A stretch of DNA of 64,000 nucleotides from contig CP075493.1 of assembly GCA_021613535.1 (NCBI GenBank), positions 8,370,001-8,434,000 of the forward strand. Reading direction: 5' to 3'. Both the position numbers and the translations under genes were made by a program. Below are positions 26,999 to 45,747 of this stretch, piece after piece (within the stretch, counting starts at the first letter, position 1; each line of letters opens with the position of its first letter). Source of the stretch: Adineta vaga (lineage: Eukaryota; Animalia; Rotifera). Under the pieces are notes generated by a model that had not been told where the DNA came from, ran no database searches, and saw nothing but the letters and a program-made list of their open reading frames with translations.

Positions 26999-29900
26999 AC
27001 AGTTGTGAATAGATATTTGATTTGTAAACATATATTATTTGCTTGTATAAGATGAAAAGCAAATTGTTGATCTAAGAAGAACAGAAATAAACAATGAAAT
27101 GTTTGCGAAATATTTGCCTTTTTTTCCTACCTAATAATTGATGAATATCAACGAATTGCAATAATGTTGATGTCGAAGATGAAATTAGTTGATGTTCAAT
27201 TGTTGGATATTCTTCTCTATTGAATTCTTTTTCAAATGTTTCGAAAAGAAATAATAAATGGAAAGATGATGGAATTACATAAACTGATGTTTGTTCAAAT
27301 TTACGTGTGAGAATATAGATGACTGATGCTTGTAGACGAGTAAGAATTGGTTCTGATTGAATGTAATATATACCATTTTGTGTTTGTAACTAAAATGAAG
27401 AAGAAAAAGAAAAGGATTATTGGTAGAAATTGCCTGTTATGTACTTGTAGTTGACATTGATTAGCAAAGTGTTGAAGTTGTTTGAATTGTTCGTTAGGAA
27501 TTTCGATTGCAGAAGAATTTCGAATGGATAGTAAATCTTCTTGTTTGATTGGGATGAATACATTCGATGAATTGATCTTTGAACATAAATCAAGTAAATA
27601 TCGATTACAAAAACATGAATTTCGAATATTTTTCGATTGATTTCCATAGATACAATCAATGATTGCTGGCTTATCGGCAACTAGTTGTCCAATGAATAGA
27701 TAAGGAATTATCACAGATGGATTTTCAATAAGCTGAGAAAGAATCTGACATGTAGAACAAAGATCATTGTCTTGATTGTTTGAACAAGTTAAACAAAAGA
27801 ATCCATTTTGAATTTTCTTTTGAATTGTATTCATATCAATTTGATGTTGATCATGAAATGTACCTGTTCGAGTTAATCGTTGATTTCCAAGATAAATATG
27901 TTTTGATTGTAGATTACTTTTTAATAAATGTCGATCATTGTCTAACAATTGTTGAACTTGACATTGATCGAGAAAGGAATCTAATGTTTGTTCTTTGATT
28001 TTATGTAATTTTTTATTAAATCTTCGATGAAGATTTTGAAAATAATATAAATTGTCTTTGATAGTATTGATTTGAAAGGATTGAAATAATTGTGCACATT
28101 GTAATAATTGATCAAGAAATGACGATGAATATGAAACGGATTCAATTTGATGATCCGAAGAAAAACAATTAATGAATTTGTCTCGATTAAAATCAATACA
28201 AATCACATACATTTCTGAATTTCCTTTCTTCATAGAAAAACAAAACAAAACAAATAAACTTTTTTTTCTCTTTGATCAATTATTCTTACTTTACTTGTTT
28301 TGGGTTTAAACATTGATATCTAAATAATATGATCCTATCAAAAGTACGTTGATTATTCTATTATTTTACCTGACGAAATGTTCGATAGAGTACATATATC
28401 AAATCAATTGTAATCTTTTCAAATGTAGTGAATAATTTCAATACGAAATTACCATGCGTTATCAAACATGATAATGCTATATAAACTTCGGTTTTTAATA
28501 GAGGATAAACTAAATATTCTTGTTCACCGGGATTATTTTGAACATCAAAACTTCCATCAGCTGTAATCTTTTGAAAAAAAAAACAAACAACAACATTTTG
28601 AATGAGATTCAAACTTTCTCAAAGTTCAATTCATTAGAGATTGACAAGGATCAAGTCACGACATGTATTCTTTTTTTCTATTATTAATTCTGTTAGTATC
28701 AGGAGATTACTATCAATGGAATTAATTTACATCTTTTCACCTTCATTCAAGGTCATTGATAAAAAAAAGAGATTGGTGATTTACGCATTTCTTTTTCTCT
28801 CATCGATATAATTCAAGTGCTAAAAGGTAATAATATTGAACGAGTATCATTTCATTTGATGACAAGTGATTTTTTCAACATATGTTTTATTCACAAATAT
28901 CTATCGTCGACTAAATTCTTACGTAATTGTATCATTTACTATCGTTCGATGGGTTCATACTAACAGTCTATAGTGCTTGATGTTCAAGTATAAGTACGTT
29001 AATGATGATATAACATGTCCTCACTTACGAGATAATCCTATTTCTCTTTTTCCTCCAAAGCAAATCGTTATGAATCGATACTTAATTTCCATTAATTTGT
29101 TCGTTTCTTTTCTTCTCTCTGACTAAAATATACATACATCTTTCTTATGAATATAAATGAATTAGTTTTATTAAATCCTTTCTTTCGATCAGTATTAGAT
29201 TCATTCAAAAGAATGTCACTGATAATGAACAAAAAAGAAAAAGAAAGAAAGAGAGAACGTTAAAGTCGACTGAATTCGCCTCTATGCGAATACAATTGTT
29301 GTCAATCAATGAGAAGCTTCTTCTCATCATCATCATCATCGTTATTATTGTTCCTAGTCGAATGTACTTACTAGACTAATACCCATTGGTTGAAAATGTA
29401 ATATATAATAATCAATATTTGCTTGACTCATTAGATTTCCTGTATTATCAATACCAAAATCCCAATGATTTTTATCGATTGTATGAAATATCAACCGATC
29501 ATCATCGATTAACATTGCTGCTGTTGAATCTTCATGTTCATAATAAGGATTTAGAGTTTGAGCAAACCATTGCCAATCAATATTTCTCATATCCTCTATT
29601 CGGTGTAAGAAAAAATAGAAGGGATATATGTTATGAATTGAAATATGAGAATAGTATTCACCTCGAGTAACAAGAAAATGATTTAAAGCTGAAATAAATG
29701 CTCCGGGTGCTTCACATAGATGAAGTGTTATCCATTTTTCATTTTCTTTACAATTTATCAAGGCAAAATTTGCTAAGATTTCAAACATTTTCGCCCATGC
29801 TTGTGTTCCAATTTCAATCTGAAGTTTTTCTCGTAGATATGGTACAATAGTTGACGCAACATTCATATATGCCGTATGTCTGAATACAAGAAAGAAACAA

Positions 29901-30361
29901 AGCTAATTAAGATGAATTTTCATCGTTTTTTTGTTGTTGTTGTGTCCTTATCAAAATTGACTAATGATACTCAACACTTGAATGATATATATGTTTTGCC
30001 TTTGCCTCATATCAAAATGATTAATAAGACAGCCGATTCGAACCTGTTCCATTCAGCAATATCTTTATCAGAAAGTAATGATTTCACTTCATTGAGTTGT
30101 TCTTTGTTTGTACGTAATTTTTCTAATAAATCATTTATATTGCCATCTTTAATATCATCACTAAAATTAGAATTGACGATTGAATACTAAAACAATATAT
30201 TTGAATTACTTCTCGAAAAGAAAATCAAATCGTATGTCTGTACGTTCAACTATCGATCTCGTTTTGTCAATTTCTTTTCGTTTAACATCATCCGAATCGT
30301 TCCATTCATGCGGTCGTTTTCTTGTCGTTGTCGTTTGATCAATTATTTTATTTACATTCAT
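26995..30361 (-). CDS. CMTR2: Cap-specific mRNA 2'-O-methyltransferase 2 (FTSJD1), multi-exon
   Basis: TQAWAKMFEIL, LHLCEAPGAFISALNHFL, TLNPYYE, ITADGSFD..NPGEQE, FKPKTSKKGNSEMY; final exon 27071-26995 [25 protein letters not shown]. Confidence 0.92.
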
Positions 30362-30800
30362 CTTTTATTTGTCTAAAATAAATATATACAAAGAATTCTA
30401 TCCAACTCTCTTTCATCCAAGTCGGTCATTCTCATTAGTCATTTTTTTTCTTCTTCTTCTTCTTCTTCATCTTTGATAAAGAACGGAAATACAATTAATT
30501 TCTCTAGTTGAATAGATTCTTTCTTTTTTTCGTTTACAAATCATTTGCAAAGCAAAATAATAAACAACAACAACAACGAAAAAAAAAGAAGAGAGGAAGC
30601 AATTTATCCCAAAGCCCAATAGAAATTCTAATCACTGTCAAGTCTATGTATCTAGAATCTGACACAACATGTCTTCGATTAAAAAAAAGAGCTTTATATG
30701 CATACATTTTAAAATAAGTAAAAGCAAGAGAGAGAGAGACATTTAAATTGAAATTTAAAAAAAAACAAATAAGGCAATAAATGACATTCTCAATAGATTT

Positions 30801-33800
30801 TTAAAACAGTTTTAGACGTTTTTTGAGATCAATACGACGCCATTCAGGCAATCGATAATATTCCATTCGAGTCATATGAAAGAAGGAATGAAATTCATTA
30901 TCAGCTAAATGACGCTAAATAAATACGATAAAAATAAGATTGAAATATTTGATGAAAAGTATTTTGAATTTACCTCAAGATGATCTCGATCGACATCCGA
31001 AGGTAATCGTCTCTTTGCCATCACTATTAAATCTTCATATGGATAAATTTTTGGATTACTCATTAGAGCTGGTGCTGAATGAGTTGAATGTGCATGTCTT
31101 GCTTGTGACCATCTTGAAACTACGTTAACTGTCTAAAATTAGAAGAACAAAAACAAAGAAATGACACGCTAATCTCGTGAGAACAACATTCAAAAGCTTG
31201 CGATATACATACCTTGGTTGATTTGTTTTGATCACCATCATTCGAAACTAGAATAGAAAGGATAGAATAGAATTAGAAATTAGAAAGAAATAATACAACT
31301 TACAACTTGAAGTTGTTGTCGAATCTAAATCACAACTTCGTTGTATATCAAGACGATTTGATAAAGTTTGAGTTTTAGGTGATGGTGATAGGCTATCATC
31401 AGGTCTAAGTACTAATGTTTCACTTCTTTGTTGATATCTTGGTAAAGTAATCCGTTTTCCTCCAGCTGGTGTTGTGAAAATTGATGCTGATAAAGCAACA
31501 AGGCTATCGTCTTGATTAGTTGTCGATGATGAATGTGTATGTACACGTCTTGATGGAGATGCAAAGGTTGGTGATTCAAATCGACAACGTCGGGGCGGTT
31601 CAATTGCTGCTGAAGGTGAACGAGATGCTTTCCATGGATCAAGTGGTAATTGTCTTGAAATGATTTTTTCATGAATACGCAAATCTTCAAGTAAAGCATG
31701 TGCCATACCAGATGATTCTTTGATTTTTGACATTTCACTAATATCTTTTTCAAGTTTTTCATCATGACGTAATTCATCATCATTGTCATTACCATCATCA
31801 AAACTATTGGTTTCAATAATGATGTTTTCAATTGGAATTTGTTGATCATTATGATCCGATGTTATATCACTATGATTGGAACGAGATTCACTTTGACCAC
31901 GATGTGTTTTCATTAATTCTGGTACAGCTTGCATTGCAATAGGTGCAGGCCAATCAAGTGATTCAATCTTTCTCGGAGCTTCAGGATCAGGTATAAATCC
32001 GCCTGAATATCGAGAAAGAACGATTGGTTCTTTTTCACCAGCTGATTCATGATCCGGTGTTGCTGTGACAGATTGTGGTGTAGCACAATGAATTTTACGA
32101 ATTTTTGTTTGTCCTAATAGAGAATATCGAGAGATATTGTCTTGAATATAATGTATACAATGAAAGAATAAACTATACCAGTAACTAATGCTTTCATTCC
32201 TTTCTTTGTTCCAGGTACTGTAAACGTTTGTGATCGATTGTATGAAAATCCGACTAGGTAAAAAAAAAGAAATAACATCAGAAAAATGAAATTAGTTGTG
32301 TTTTTGATAAGATATAAAATTCTATCAATGATGTAATTATTCAAGTATGCCTATTCATTTTGTCGCGTTACAGATTTGCTTCAATCACCTTCATCTCCGT
32401 TTATTTTTCATTAATATTAAATGAAATATCAAACTGTCAATTTTTGTCTTCACTTAGACACACTCGTTCATATATATTGAGAAAGCTGATTATAATATTG
32501 TCTATAGATCATGATTGCCCATAGACAATATACTACTTCGCCATTGCTCTTGGATCTTTTTTGATAAGGACGAGAAGAAACGAGTTATATATCTCATTAC
32601 ATCATCTGTAAAACAAAGCACATTAGTCAAGTGAACATCTACGTGCATGTGCATATATGTAGGGATATATTTAATTGAATTATGATCTGTACTATCATGA
32701 ATAGGAAGAGAAAAAATAACGGAGCATTAATGCTTTCTGATTGACATAATCCTTTTCGCGCATCTATTGTTTAGCTTTACTTTGAACCATTATCCTGATA
32801 ATAATAGGATGAAGTACGAAGGCAAAACTTTAATATCAACACTTACTCATTTCTTTACGTAAGGACAGAGTTTGTTGCTGCTGGTGAACCATCAACATTA
32901 TCGGTCGCTTGTGTATGTGTGCGTGTCGTCTTCTTATCGCTTCGTTGTTAATAGTAGTAGCACACATACACACACAAAGCAAAATTGGTTTTTTTTCTGT
33001 GTCTTTCTCTCGGTTGTCTTTCTTTCTTTTTTTCCTTCTTCTCTTCTTCTGTCTTTCTTTCGCTCTCCCTCTCTCTCTCTCTCTTCGTTTCTTTTATTCG
33101 TCCTCGACGTCTACTATCGTTAGTGAGAATGTTTTTTCCAATTGTGCTACGACGTTCATCATCATCTATTTTTGAGCTATCGTATTCAAACTTCTCGATA
33201 TGATTCACATTTTCATTCCGACGTGACAAGGTCAATCGGTTGACTACATATATATGCACTATCAATGCCATTTTTCTTCATTTTTTTTTATCATTATTCG
33301 TTCGGTTCTATCTATATTTCTTCCCTTTTTTTTTTGTCTATTCGGAACTCCGGAAACGAACGAACAAATAAGTAAAAAAAGGAAAAAAATTCGGCACAGC
33401 TGCCACTTTGACATTGAACAGATGCTGGGAAGGAGGATCATATTCACCTGCTGATTACTCAATAGATAATGTTCTTTACTTTTTTACCATCAACTCGTGT
33501 AATCGATATCATCATCAGAGATGAAGGAACAGCAGTTTAATGGTCATCTTTCAAGCGAAACAAATTATTGTTCACTGACTTCATTGCTTTCTTTTTGTCT
33601 TACGTCATTTTCTCTACATTACTACTATTTTTTGTTCATTACACAACGAAATCGAGCAGTTTAGTGATGCTTTTTAATTGATTAATATATACGAAAGAAA
33701 AAGGAATGCAGCGGTAACAATTAAGAACATAAAAGATATAATTACTTGGTTGATGAAATTGTAATGATTTGGTATGTGAAATTTTATGATCATGACCAGT

Positions 33801-34410
33801 TCGTTTCATATAACCCATATTTTCTTCTCCGTTTAAGTAACCAGATGTTAATATTCGATTAAGATCACTTCTACCTATTTGACTCAATGATGTTGTTGTA
33901 CCTATTGTATGTGTAAGACAAGTCTAATAAGAAAAAAAGAAGAAAAAAACGAGCTTGTCGTGATGATTGTCATTCAATTTATCAAAGAATAATCATTCAT
34001 GATTAAAAAAAAGAAACAAAGAAAGAGAGAAAGAAAATTCTCTCGATGTGTCTCGCCGACATGCAACGTCTCATTAGTTATCATCGATCGGCGACTTACT
34101 TTTTGAGGAGGTGGTGGTGATGAACTCGATAGATCACGGGGACTTGCTTCACTTGAATGATATGTATATAGTCTATCGGTTGAATTTTGCGTAGTATCAA
34201 CATGAATTTTATCATTAGTGTGATTTTCGTCAGGTGCTATCGTTGATACAGCAGATGTTGGATAATCGTAAACGACAGTATTTTCTTTATTTTCATTGAC
34301 AATGATTGGTTCAGATTTTTTGATTTTTCTTTAAAATAAAACAAGACATTTGTTTAAAGTATGTTTTGTTAATCTTTTACTACTTACGTCTTTTTCAGAA
34401 ATGAAAACAT
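30801..34410 (-). CDS. abLIM/UNC-115/dematin-family actin-binding protein with villin headpiece, no LIM domains seen
   Basis: C-terminal VHP KIYPYEDL..LPSDVDRDHLERHL..F..FFHMTRMEYYRLPEWRRIDLKKRLKLF*; abLIM-like motifs RYSGGFIPDPEAPRKIESLDWPAP, LDPWKASRSPSA and KSLQFHQP. Probable start MFSFLKK at 34410. Confidence 0.8.
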
Positions 34411-36285
34411 TATATTGCTCTAGGAAGAATAAAAAAAGACGAAGGTGTAAGTTTCGTTTAGTCTAAACAATTGGAAGTATCACTTCTAGTAGTTTTACTT
34501 CTCGTTTCTTTCTTTTTTTCTTTTTTTGTTCTTAATGTGTACAAAATTTAATGTTGATATATATATATATAGGCTTCACGGCAATATGTGAAAGGGAGAA
34601 TGAGTGAATGAGTGAATGAATAAAACACCTACCGTTAGAGTAACTGTTGTCGATATTTTTCTTTCGCACAAACTGATCGAGGACACAAGCAAAAAAAAGA
34701 AGAAATGAAAATGTAATGATTGTCTTCTTTTTTTTCTGTAGATACACCGAAGTAGTATAAAAGTGATCGATGCAATGAAAGTAATGATTCTATTGAACAA
34801 TAATGAAGCTGACGTAATAGATAGAGAGAACGACAGAAAGAGAGAGTAAGTAAGTAAGTTTACGGTAAATGATGATGAATAAAATAACAAATTTATAATT
34901 ATTGAGAAAATCAATGCATCTCACTAATGCGTTGATCTGCTCATACAGTGCTGCCAATCAAGGCGGCAGCAGTAACAACACCTATTACCAACTACAATGA
35001 AAGGAATACAAGTATAATGGGATGTATATCCTGCAGATTTTTTTCTCTCTTTCTCTCTTTCTCTCTCCTTATATCTTCGGCCAGCATCCGTTGATAAACA
35101 AAGAGCATAGTGCTTTATTTCTCTCTTTTTTCTGCTTCTCTACTCTTTGTCAGACGATTATATCCGTAGGATAGATGGATCTCATTTGTTCCAATATGCA
35201 CTATACACATATATTTCATGTCGATAGGTCATCGACATTCACGTATACACCGTGTGACCATCATTTCTCTCTCTCTCTCGTTTTCTTTCCCATTTTTTCA
35301 AACGTGTTCTGACTTCTACTCTGAATAGAAGGGAAGGAAATAATGAAGTGACGTACATGATGACAAAGAATAAAAGCATTTGACGGATATCCGTTCATAT
35401 CAGCGTCATCGACTAAAAACCTATTTATATAAAACATAGGTATCATATTTTATTCCTATATAGTTAGATCTATTTCACCTTTTCGAAAGACTTCTGTAAC
35501 GATGATATGTGAACGATTATCAATATTATGCAAATCTTCTCTTTGTTACGTGTCAGTCATCACTGAATGAACGAGTGTAATTTAGTGCATATTTATATTT
35601 ATATATTTGTGCATGCTATTCTCATCAAACATACATATTACGCATACTTTCATTTATCTGGCTTACCTGCTTAATAGATTTCTGAGGATAAAATCATTGC
35701 TATACAGATTTTCGATTGTATTTATCAAGGATAAGAAGATTAAGAAAAGACATCGAAGTAATCTTCAATAAAGAAGATGTCAAAAAAGAAACGTTGATCT
35801 CGTTTAAATTGATCATCGCCATGATTATCTCATGTAAACCTCCAGTTAGAAACAAATGCAAATTCTGTTCTGTTTATGAGAATGGACGATCTATCACTTT
35901 AATAAACTCATCAAAGCTTAATTAATTGATTATGAAACTCTTTAAAAATATGTATACTGCTATTCAGCGACATCTAGATAGTTTTCAAAAAACAAAAATA
36001 AATAAAATGCCATGAAATATTCATATTTCATCAGAATCTTACATGAAAATAATATGAAATAGTATTTAGATATTTCTCAAATATCCAATCATTAAACAGA
36101 ATCGATCATCTATCTATATTTGTTGCTGCTCAGATGATGATGATGATGTGATGATGTCGAATAAGGCGACAAAAAAAAGAAAAAGAACTCTTTATTGATA
36201 TATTGGATATATGTATTTTTTTGCCTTGTAGATTTCTCGTTCAGTTTTTTTATCATGATTATTGATTAATTCTATCAAATCTATC

Positions 36286-38525
36286 ATGACGATATTTTAT
36301 TCGGAAAAACCTTCGAATAACAATAAAGATTTATCATCCAATTCAACAAATCAACAACAACAACAATCATCAGCAAATATATCTCGTACACGTATATCAC
36401 GTGATGATGATAATACAAATAATATTCAGACAAATTCAACTGAAGAATCCAATTTAGGATGTGAAAATAATCTCCCATCAACTTCTTCAACAACAAATAC
36501 AATGTTAACGACAACAACTGCACCAACATCGAAACGTAAATCTCACTATCATCATCAAACAACTGTTAAACAAGCTCGACGTCGTGGTGGTTCCGTTGGA
36601 GAAAAACTTATTTCTAATTCTTCAATAACCAATGTTGTTTGCAATAGTCCATCGTCGAGTTTAACCAATGAGAATACGATATCGTCAAATACGAATTCAA
36701 ATGAACATATTATTACTCAAGCATCAACATCAGCATCATCATTAACAACTGTTAATAATGATGAACAATGTAACAGTGAAGATGAATATGAACAAGCAAC
36801 AGTTAAATATGATAGAAGTAATCTCAATGAAGTATGTTATTCTAATTTTTTATTCTTCTAAAAAAATTCTAAATCTATTTCGAATCGTTTTTAGCTTGAA
36901 ATGCGTTTTGCTAGAGCGTTAAAAGAAAAAAAAGGTTTTGTTATTAAAGCTGTTCAAGAAGATGGAGCTTGTTTATTTCGAGCAGTGTGTAAGTAGAATA
37001 TGATTAAGAAAATAATCAAATTTTTATCTGAATATTTCCATTTTAGCTGATCAAGTATTTGGTGATGAAGAAATGCATGCAACAGTTCGTCAAAATTGTA
37101 TGGATTATATTGTAAGAATTGATCGATTTTTTTTCATTTAATGATGAAATTTTGTATAAAATTTTTTGTTGTTTTTTAGGTGAAGAATGCTGATTTTTTT
37201 CGTTCATATATTACCGAAGATTTTGATCATTACGTTTCACGAAAACGACGACAACATTGTCATGGAAATCATATTGAAATGATTGCTTTATCAGAATTAT
37301 ACAATCGACCGATTGAAGTTTATGAATATAGTATTGGTAGGTCGGAATCATCTTTGAAAAAGAATATATTCTGTTGTTGTTTTTTTTGTACTTAGAACCA
37401 ATTAATATTGTACATGGAATGTATAAAACAGATAATGAACCTATTCGTTTAAGTTATCATTGTGGTGTTCATTACAATTCAATAATTGATCCTTGGCGAC
37501 CAACTGCTGGTCATGGTCTTGGATTTCCTGATCTTGAACCAGGAGTATGTGATTGGAATAGAAGGAAAAAACAAGCTTTTCTTATATTCAATATGTTTTT
37601 ATTATTCATCTTTAGCGTGCTCAAGAAACACTTATTAGATCAGCAGTACGTCAATCAGAAGAGAGTCATATTGAACGTGCCATGCTTGATGATAAGATAG
37701 CTGCAACTGATTGGGAAGCAACACAAGAAGAATTAATACAACAAGTTGCAAGAGAATCTTATTTACAATGGTTGTGTGATACAAAACAACAACATAAAGA
37801 TAATAAAACGGTTTGTAAATTATATTCTTGTTTTCAAGGATTCTAGACAAGTATGTCCCAGATTTCTATCAGGGTCAGAGTGTTTTAAAAACTAAAAGTA
37901 ATTATTTATCAAATGTCCTTCGAGAGTACATAATTCAGAATGATCTTGTCTTCTAACGGACAATTATTCGTTTCATATAGCAAATAACTGATAGAAATAG
38001 CAACAGGTAAAAAAAACATGACAAGAAAAAGAATCAGTTCATCTCATATATATATATATATATGTTGAAGGTCATATAATGAAATTTCTTTAGATGCCAT
38101 CATCAAGCTCCTCTCCAATATCAGCGACAACTTCTGACCGAGCTTCAAATAATAATCATGGTACGTTAAAAATTTGAATAAAAACGAAAATCATCATTGA
38201 ATTCCTTTTCTTATAGGCTCACCTAGAAACTTATTACCCTTAAAACTTGATGAACGAAAAGATTGTGAGTTTGCTTTACCGTTTAATTATGAATGTGATG
38301 CTTCATCCAATGCTGGTATGTATTAATATTCAGATCTTATCTCATTCACAAGTGTTGTATTTCTTCTATGTAGATCTTGATGATGATGATTCTATAATGC
38401 GACAAGTTCTTGCCATATCGCAAATTGAATATGTCGAAACATTACGAAAACATCAACAACCTCCGAAATCCGACGATCCCGACGGTCCATCCTCATCATC
38501 AACATCAGACACACATCTTTTGTAG
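36286..38525 (+). CDS. OTUD5: OTU deubiquitinase 5 (DUBA), multi-exon
   Basis: CNSEDEYE phospho-motif, [55 protein letters not shown]-terminal [16 protein letters not shown]. Confidence 0.95.
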
Positions 38526-38801
38526 AAAGTCTTTTTCTCTCTCTTTCTCTTTTTGTTAATTTATATTCTTTTCTTTCTATCCTACTGATATTTTTTCCTC
38601 ACAAACAAAATAACTTACAGAAACATAGCATCCGAACAGGCAATGTGTGTTATTATTATGCACGTTTGAAAAGAAAACTTTTGTTCCTTTCTTCTTTTGT
38701 CTTAACGTTTACGTCAATTCTATCTGTATGCTTGTGTGTTTGGAATTAAATACGAGTCATATTTCGTCTATGTATGTCTCGATTTTATTTCAGATAGGAA
38801 A

Positions 38802-40477
38802 ATGTCTAATGAAGAAATAAATAGTTCGAAACGAAAATTCACTTCTGATGAGGATCAATGGTCAATATTATCACGTGAACAAATTATACAACGTTGTAAA
38901 CAACTTGAAAAGCATGTTGAACAATTGAGAAATACAATTAGTAAAAGCAATGGAAAAGAATTGAAAGAAAAAAAGACGAAAATCATGAGACCATTTGATT
39001 TTAGTAAACATTCGAAACGACATATATTTTTGAAATTTATCTATCTTGGTTGGGATTATCATGTGAGAGGAAGAGAAAAACGAATATAATTAGCAATTAT
39101 AGATGTGATTATCATTTTCAGGGTTTTGTCATTCAAGAAACAACATCACAAACTGTAGAAGATTTTCTATTTGATGCATTGATGAAAACACGATTGATTG
39201 AAGAACGAGCAACATCTAATTATCATCGATGTGGACGAACCGATCGAGGCGAGTGAGATAATACGATTACAATATACCTAAATGATTTCTAATGACATTG
39301 TGTTCATTTCTAGGTGTTAGTGCATTCACGCAAGTGATTTCCATAACTGTTCGATCAAAACTTAGTGCAGAAGGGTATAGTAATTAGAAGTTTTTGCATT
39401 TCTATTCTTAATAATTGTTTCATATTAGTACTGAAGAACTCAATTATATACAGGTACTAAATGGTGTTTTATCAAGTTCAATACGATGTATTGCATGGGC
39501 GCCAGTATCTGAAGGCAAATCAGCTCGATTTGATTGCATAGCACGATCTTATCGATACTTTTTTCCGAAGTAAACAATGTGTATTTCCATAGTGGATTTT
39601 ATTCTGAAATCTTTAGAGCAAATCTTGATCTTAATCGTATGAGACAAGCAGCATTAGATCTAATTGGTACACATGATTTTCGAAGTTTTTGTAAACTTGA
39701 TATAACGAATGATGAACCAACATTTATTCGACGTATTGATAATGTAACTATCGAACAATTAAATATTGATAATGATTTAAATACTCAAAATCCCGGGTAG
39801 ATTCTCTTCTTCATCGACAAAAAAGAAGATTTCAGTTTCTTTTTTGGAATATTTTAGTTATCAGATGTGTCAACTATTAGTACATGGCTCTGGATTTCTA
39901 TGGCATCAAATTCGTTGTGTTGTCGCTATTTTATTATTAATCGGTCAAGGAAAAGAAGAAGTTCATTTAGTTAAATCATTACTCGATATTGAAAAGTATC
40001 CATGTACACCAAATTATCAAATAGCATCAGGTAAGTTGATTTTCATTTTCGCAATGATGTTTATTAATCAATTTTTTGTTTATAGAATTGCCTCTTGTTC
40101 TATTTGATTGTCAGTTTAATGATGTTGAATGGATCTGTGATCAAACTGCACTTCGTATAACGATTGGTCATTTACAACGACATTGGTCATCATTTCAAAT
40201 TCGTGCAACAATGATCAAAACAATGTTAAATAATCTTGAAAATCAAATTGTTGATCAACAACAAATACCAATTTTAGGTCAATTAACATTGATTGAAAGT
40301 GATAGTCATGCATTATCAGGATATAATAATAATCGAAAAAATTATCAACCAATATTGACACGTCCAGTACGAGAAAGTGTAGAAGTTAAAGTTGAAAAAT
40401 TTCAAAATAAAAAAGCGAAATTGAAATTTTCAACTGATAATAATGATGACGATGATGATAAAAATAATTTACATTGA
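38802..40477 (+). CDS. PUS3: tRNA pseudouridine(38/39) synthase, multi-exon
   Basis: RPFDFSKHSKRHIFLKFIYLGWDYHG, YHRCGRTDRGVSAFTQV, GTHDFRSFCK, GSGFLWHQIRC, ASELPLVLFDC. Confidence 0.95.
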
Positions 40478-40877
40478 TTATTTTAATTTTTGTTTCTCAA
40501 ATAAACTATTTTCTGAGATTGGTTATTGATATGGATGTCATTGTTGAGATAATGAATGGAAAACACAAGGTCAAAACATACAGAAACATGATGATTTGAC
40601 ATTCAGACTGATGAGACGATCTTGTAAACAATAGGAAAGAACATGAAGAAGTGTTGATAATTGTACCCTGAGCTTAGACATTGAGCGTATCAATAGACAT
40701 AATCATTCATTTGTCGAAAGATACGTTTGAAGTGTCATCTCATGGTAAATTTCATCACATGGGTGTCTGTGTTTACATGAATATTTGCTACAGTTGATTT
40801 GTATTTTATATCAACGAACTAATTTACAATATTCATTAATACATATACAAAACATACGAATAAAAAATTCAAATTTC

Positions 40878-44783
<3,906 letters not shown>

Positions 44784-45747
44784 AGTTTAAAAATTCATGA
44801 TTGAGCAAAAACGAGGAAAATGATTTGAGTAGATAGCTTTCATGTTGTTTTTATGTCTATATGTATGAGAAATTTTATATATATATTTTTTTTTTCTATG
44901 ACTGAGCGATTTTATTATCAGGAGATTTAATAATGACAGTGGAGAAAAAAACGATAAGATGAGATGGACCGGAAAGGAATAAGTACGTACGACATTGAAC
45001 GATGAAAATGTCTATGTTTTAATCGATTGATCGATCGTGTGGGAACATATAGAAATATTATTAATGGAAAAGCAGTAGAAGAAAAAAGAATAGTATGAAC
45101 TGAAAGAAAAGAAGAATATGATGATGATGATGATGACAAGAATATTTCATCTTAGATTATTCAAAACAGATTTTTGTCTCATGAGTAATAACAGATCAAG
45201 TTTGTTTCTAAATATTATCAATAAGAATTTGTCGTATGTTATTTCATTTGAAGCATTATTAGGAAATAGATAGAAAGAACGGGAGAAGATAAAAACTATT
45301 CTTAATCAATAAAATCGTATTATGTACTAAATTGAAGTATAAGGTCATTATTTTAACAGCATCCGTCATTCATGATCTACGTGTCCGAAATATAAAATAT
45401 CATTCAAATATAATTAACGAAATTTAATTATTAGAAGAAGTCTTTCTTTTGCTAGAAAAAAATTTGCACATATACAATTCAACTAGTAACATCATACACA
45501 TTCTTAATTTTAATTGAAAATAATAAATCCTTCTTTCAATTTATTTAAATAACATCACTAGAGTGTATCATGCTTAATTGTATTTTAATGAAAAAATAAA
45601 ATATAAAAAATTATTCATATTAGTCTAGGAAGACAAGCGTACTTGTAGACAAAAATCACGAGAAGTATTTCATATCATGACGACAATAAAAACAAAAAAT
45701 GGCAGTAATAAAGGGCTACAGAAAAATATTATTAGTTTACTCGTATT

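Noticed and set aside
32495-32531. 11-13 bp hairpin ATATTGTCTAT/ATAGACAATAT in the abLIM intron as a pre-miRNA
   Set aside because: Stem too short for a miRNA precursor and no known seed recognised.
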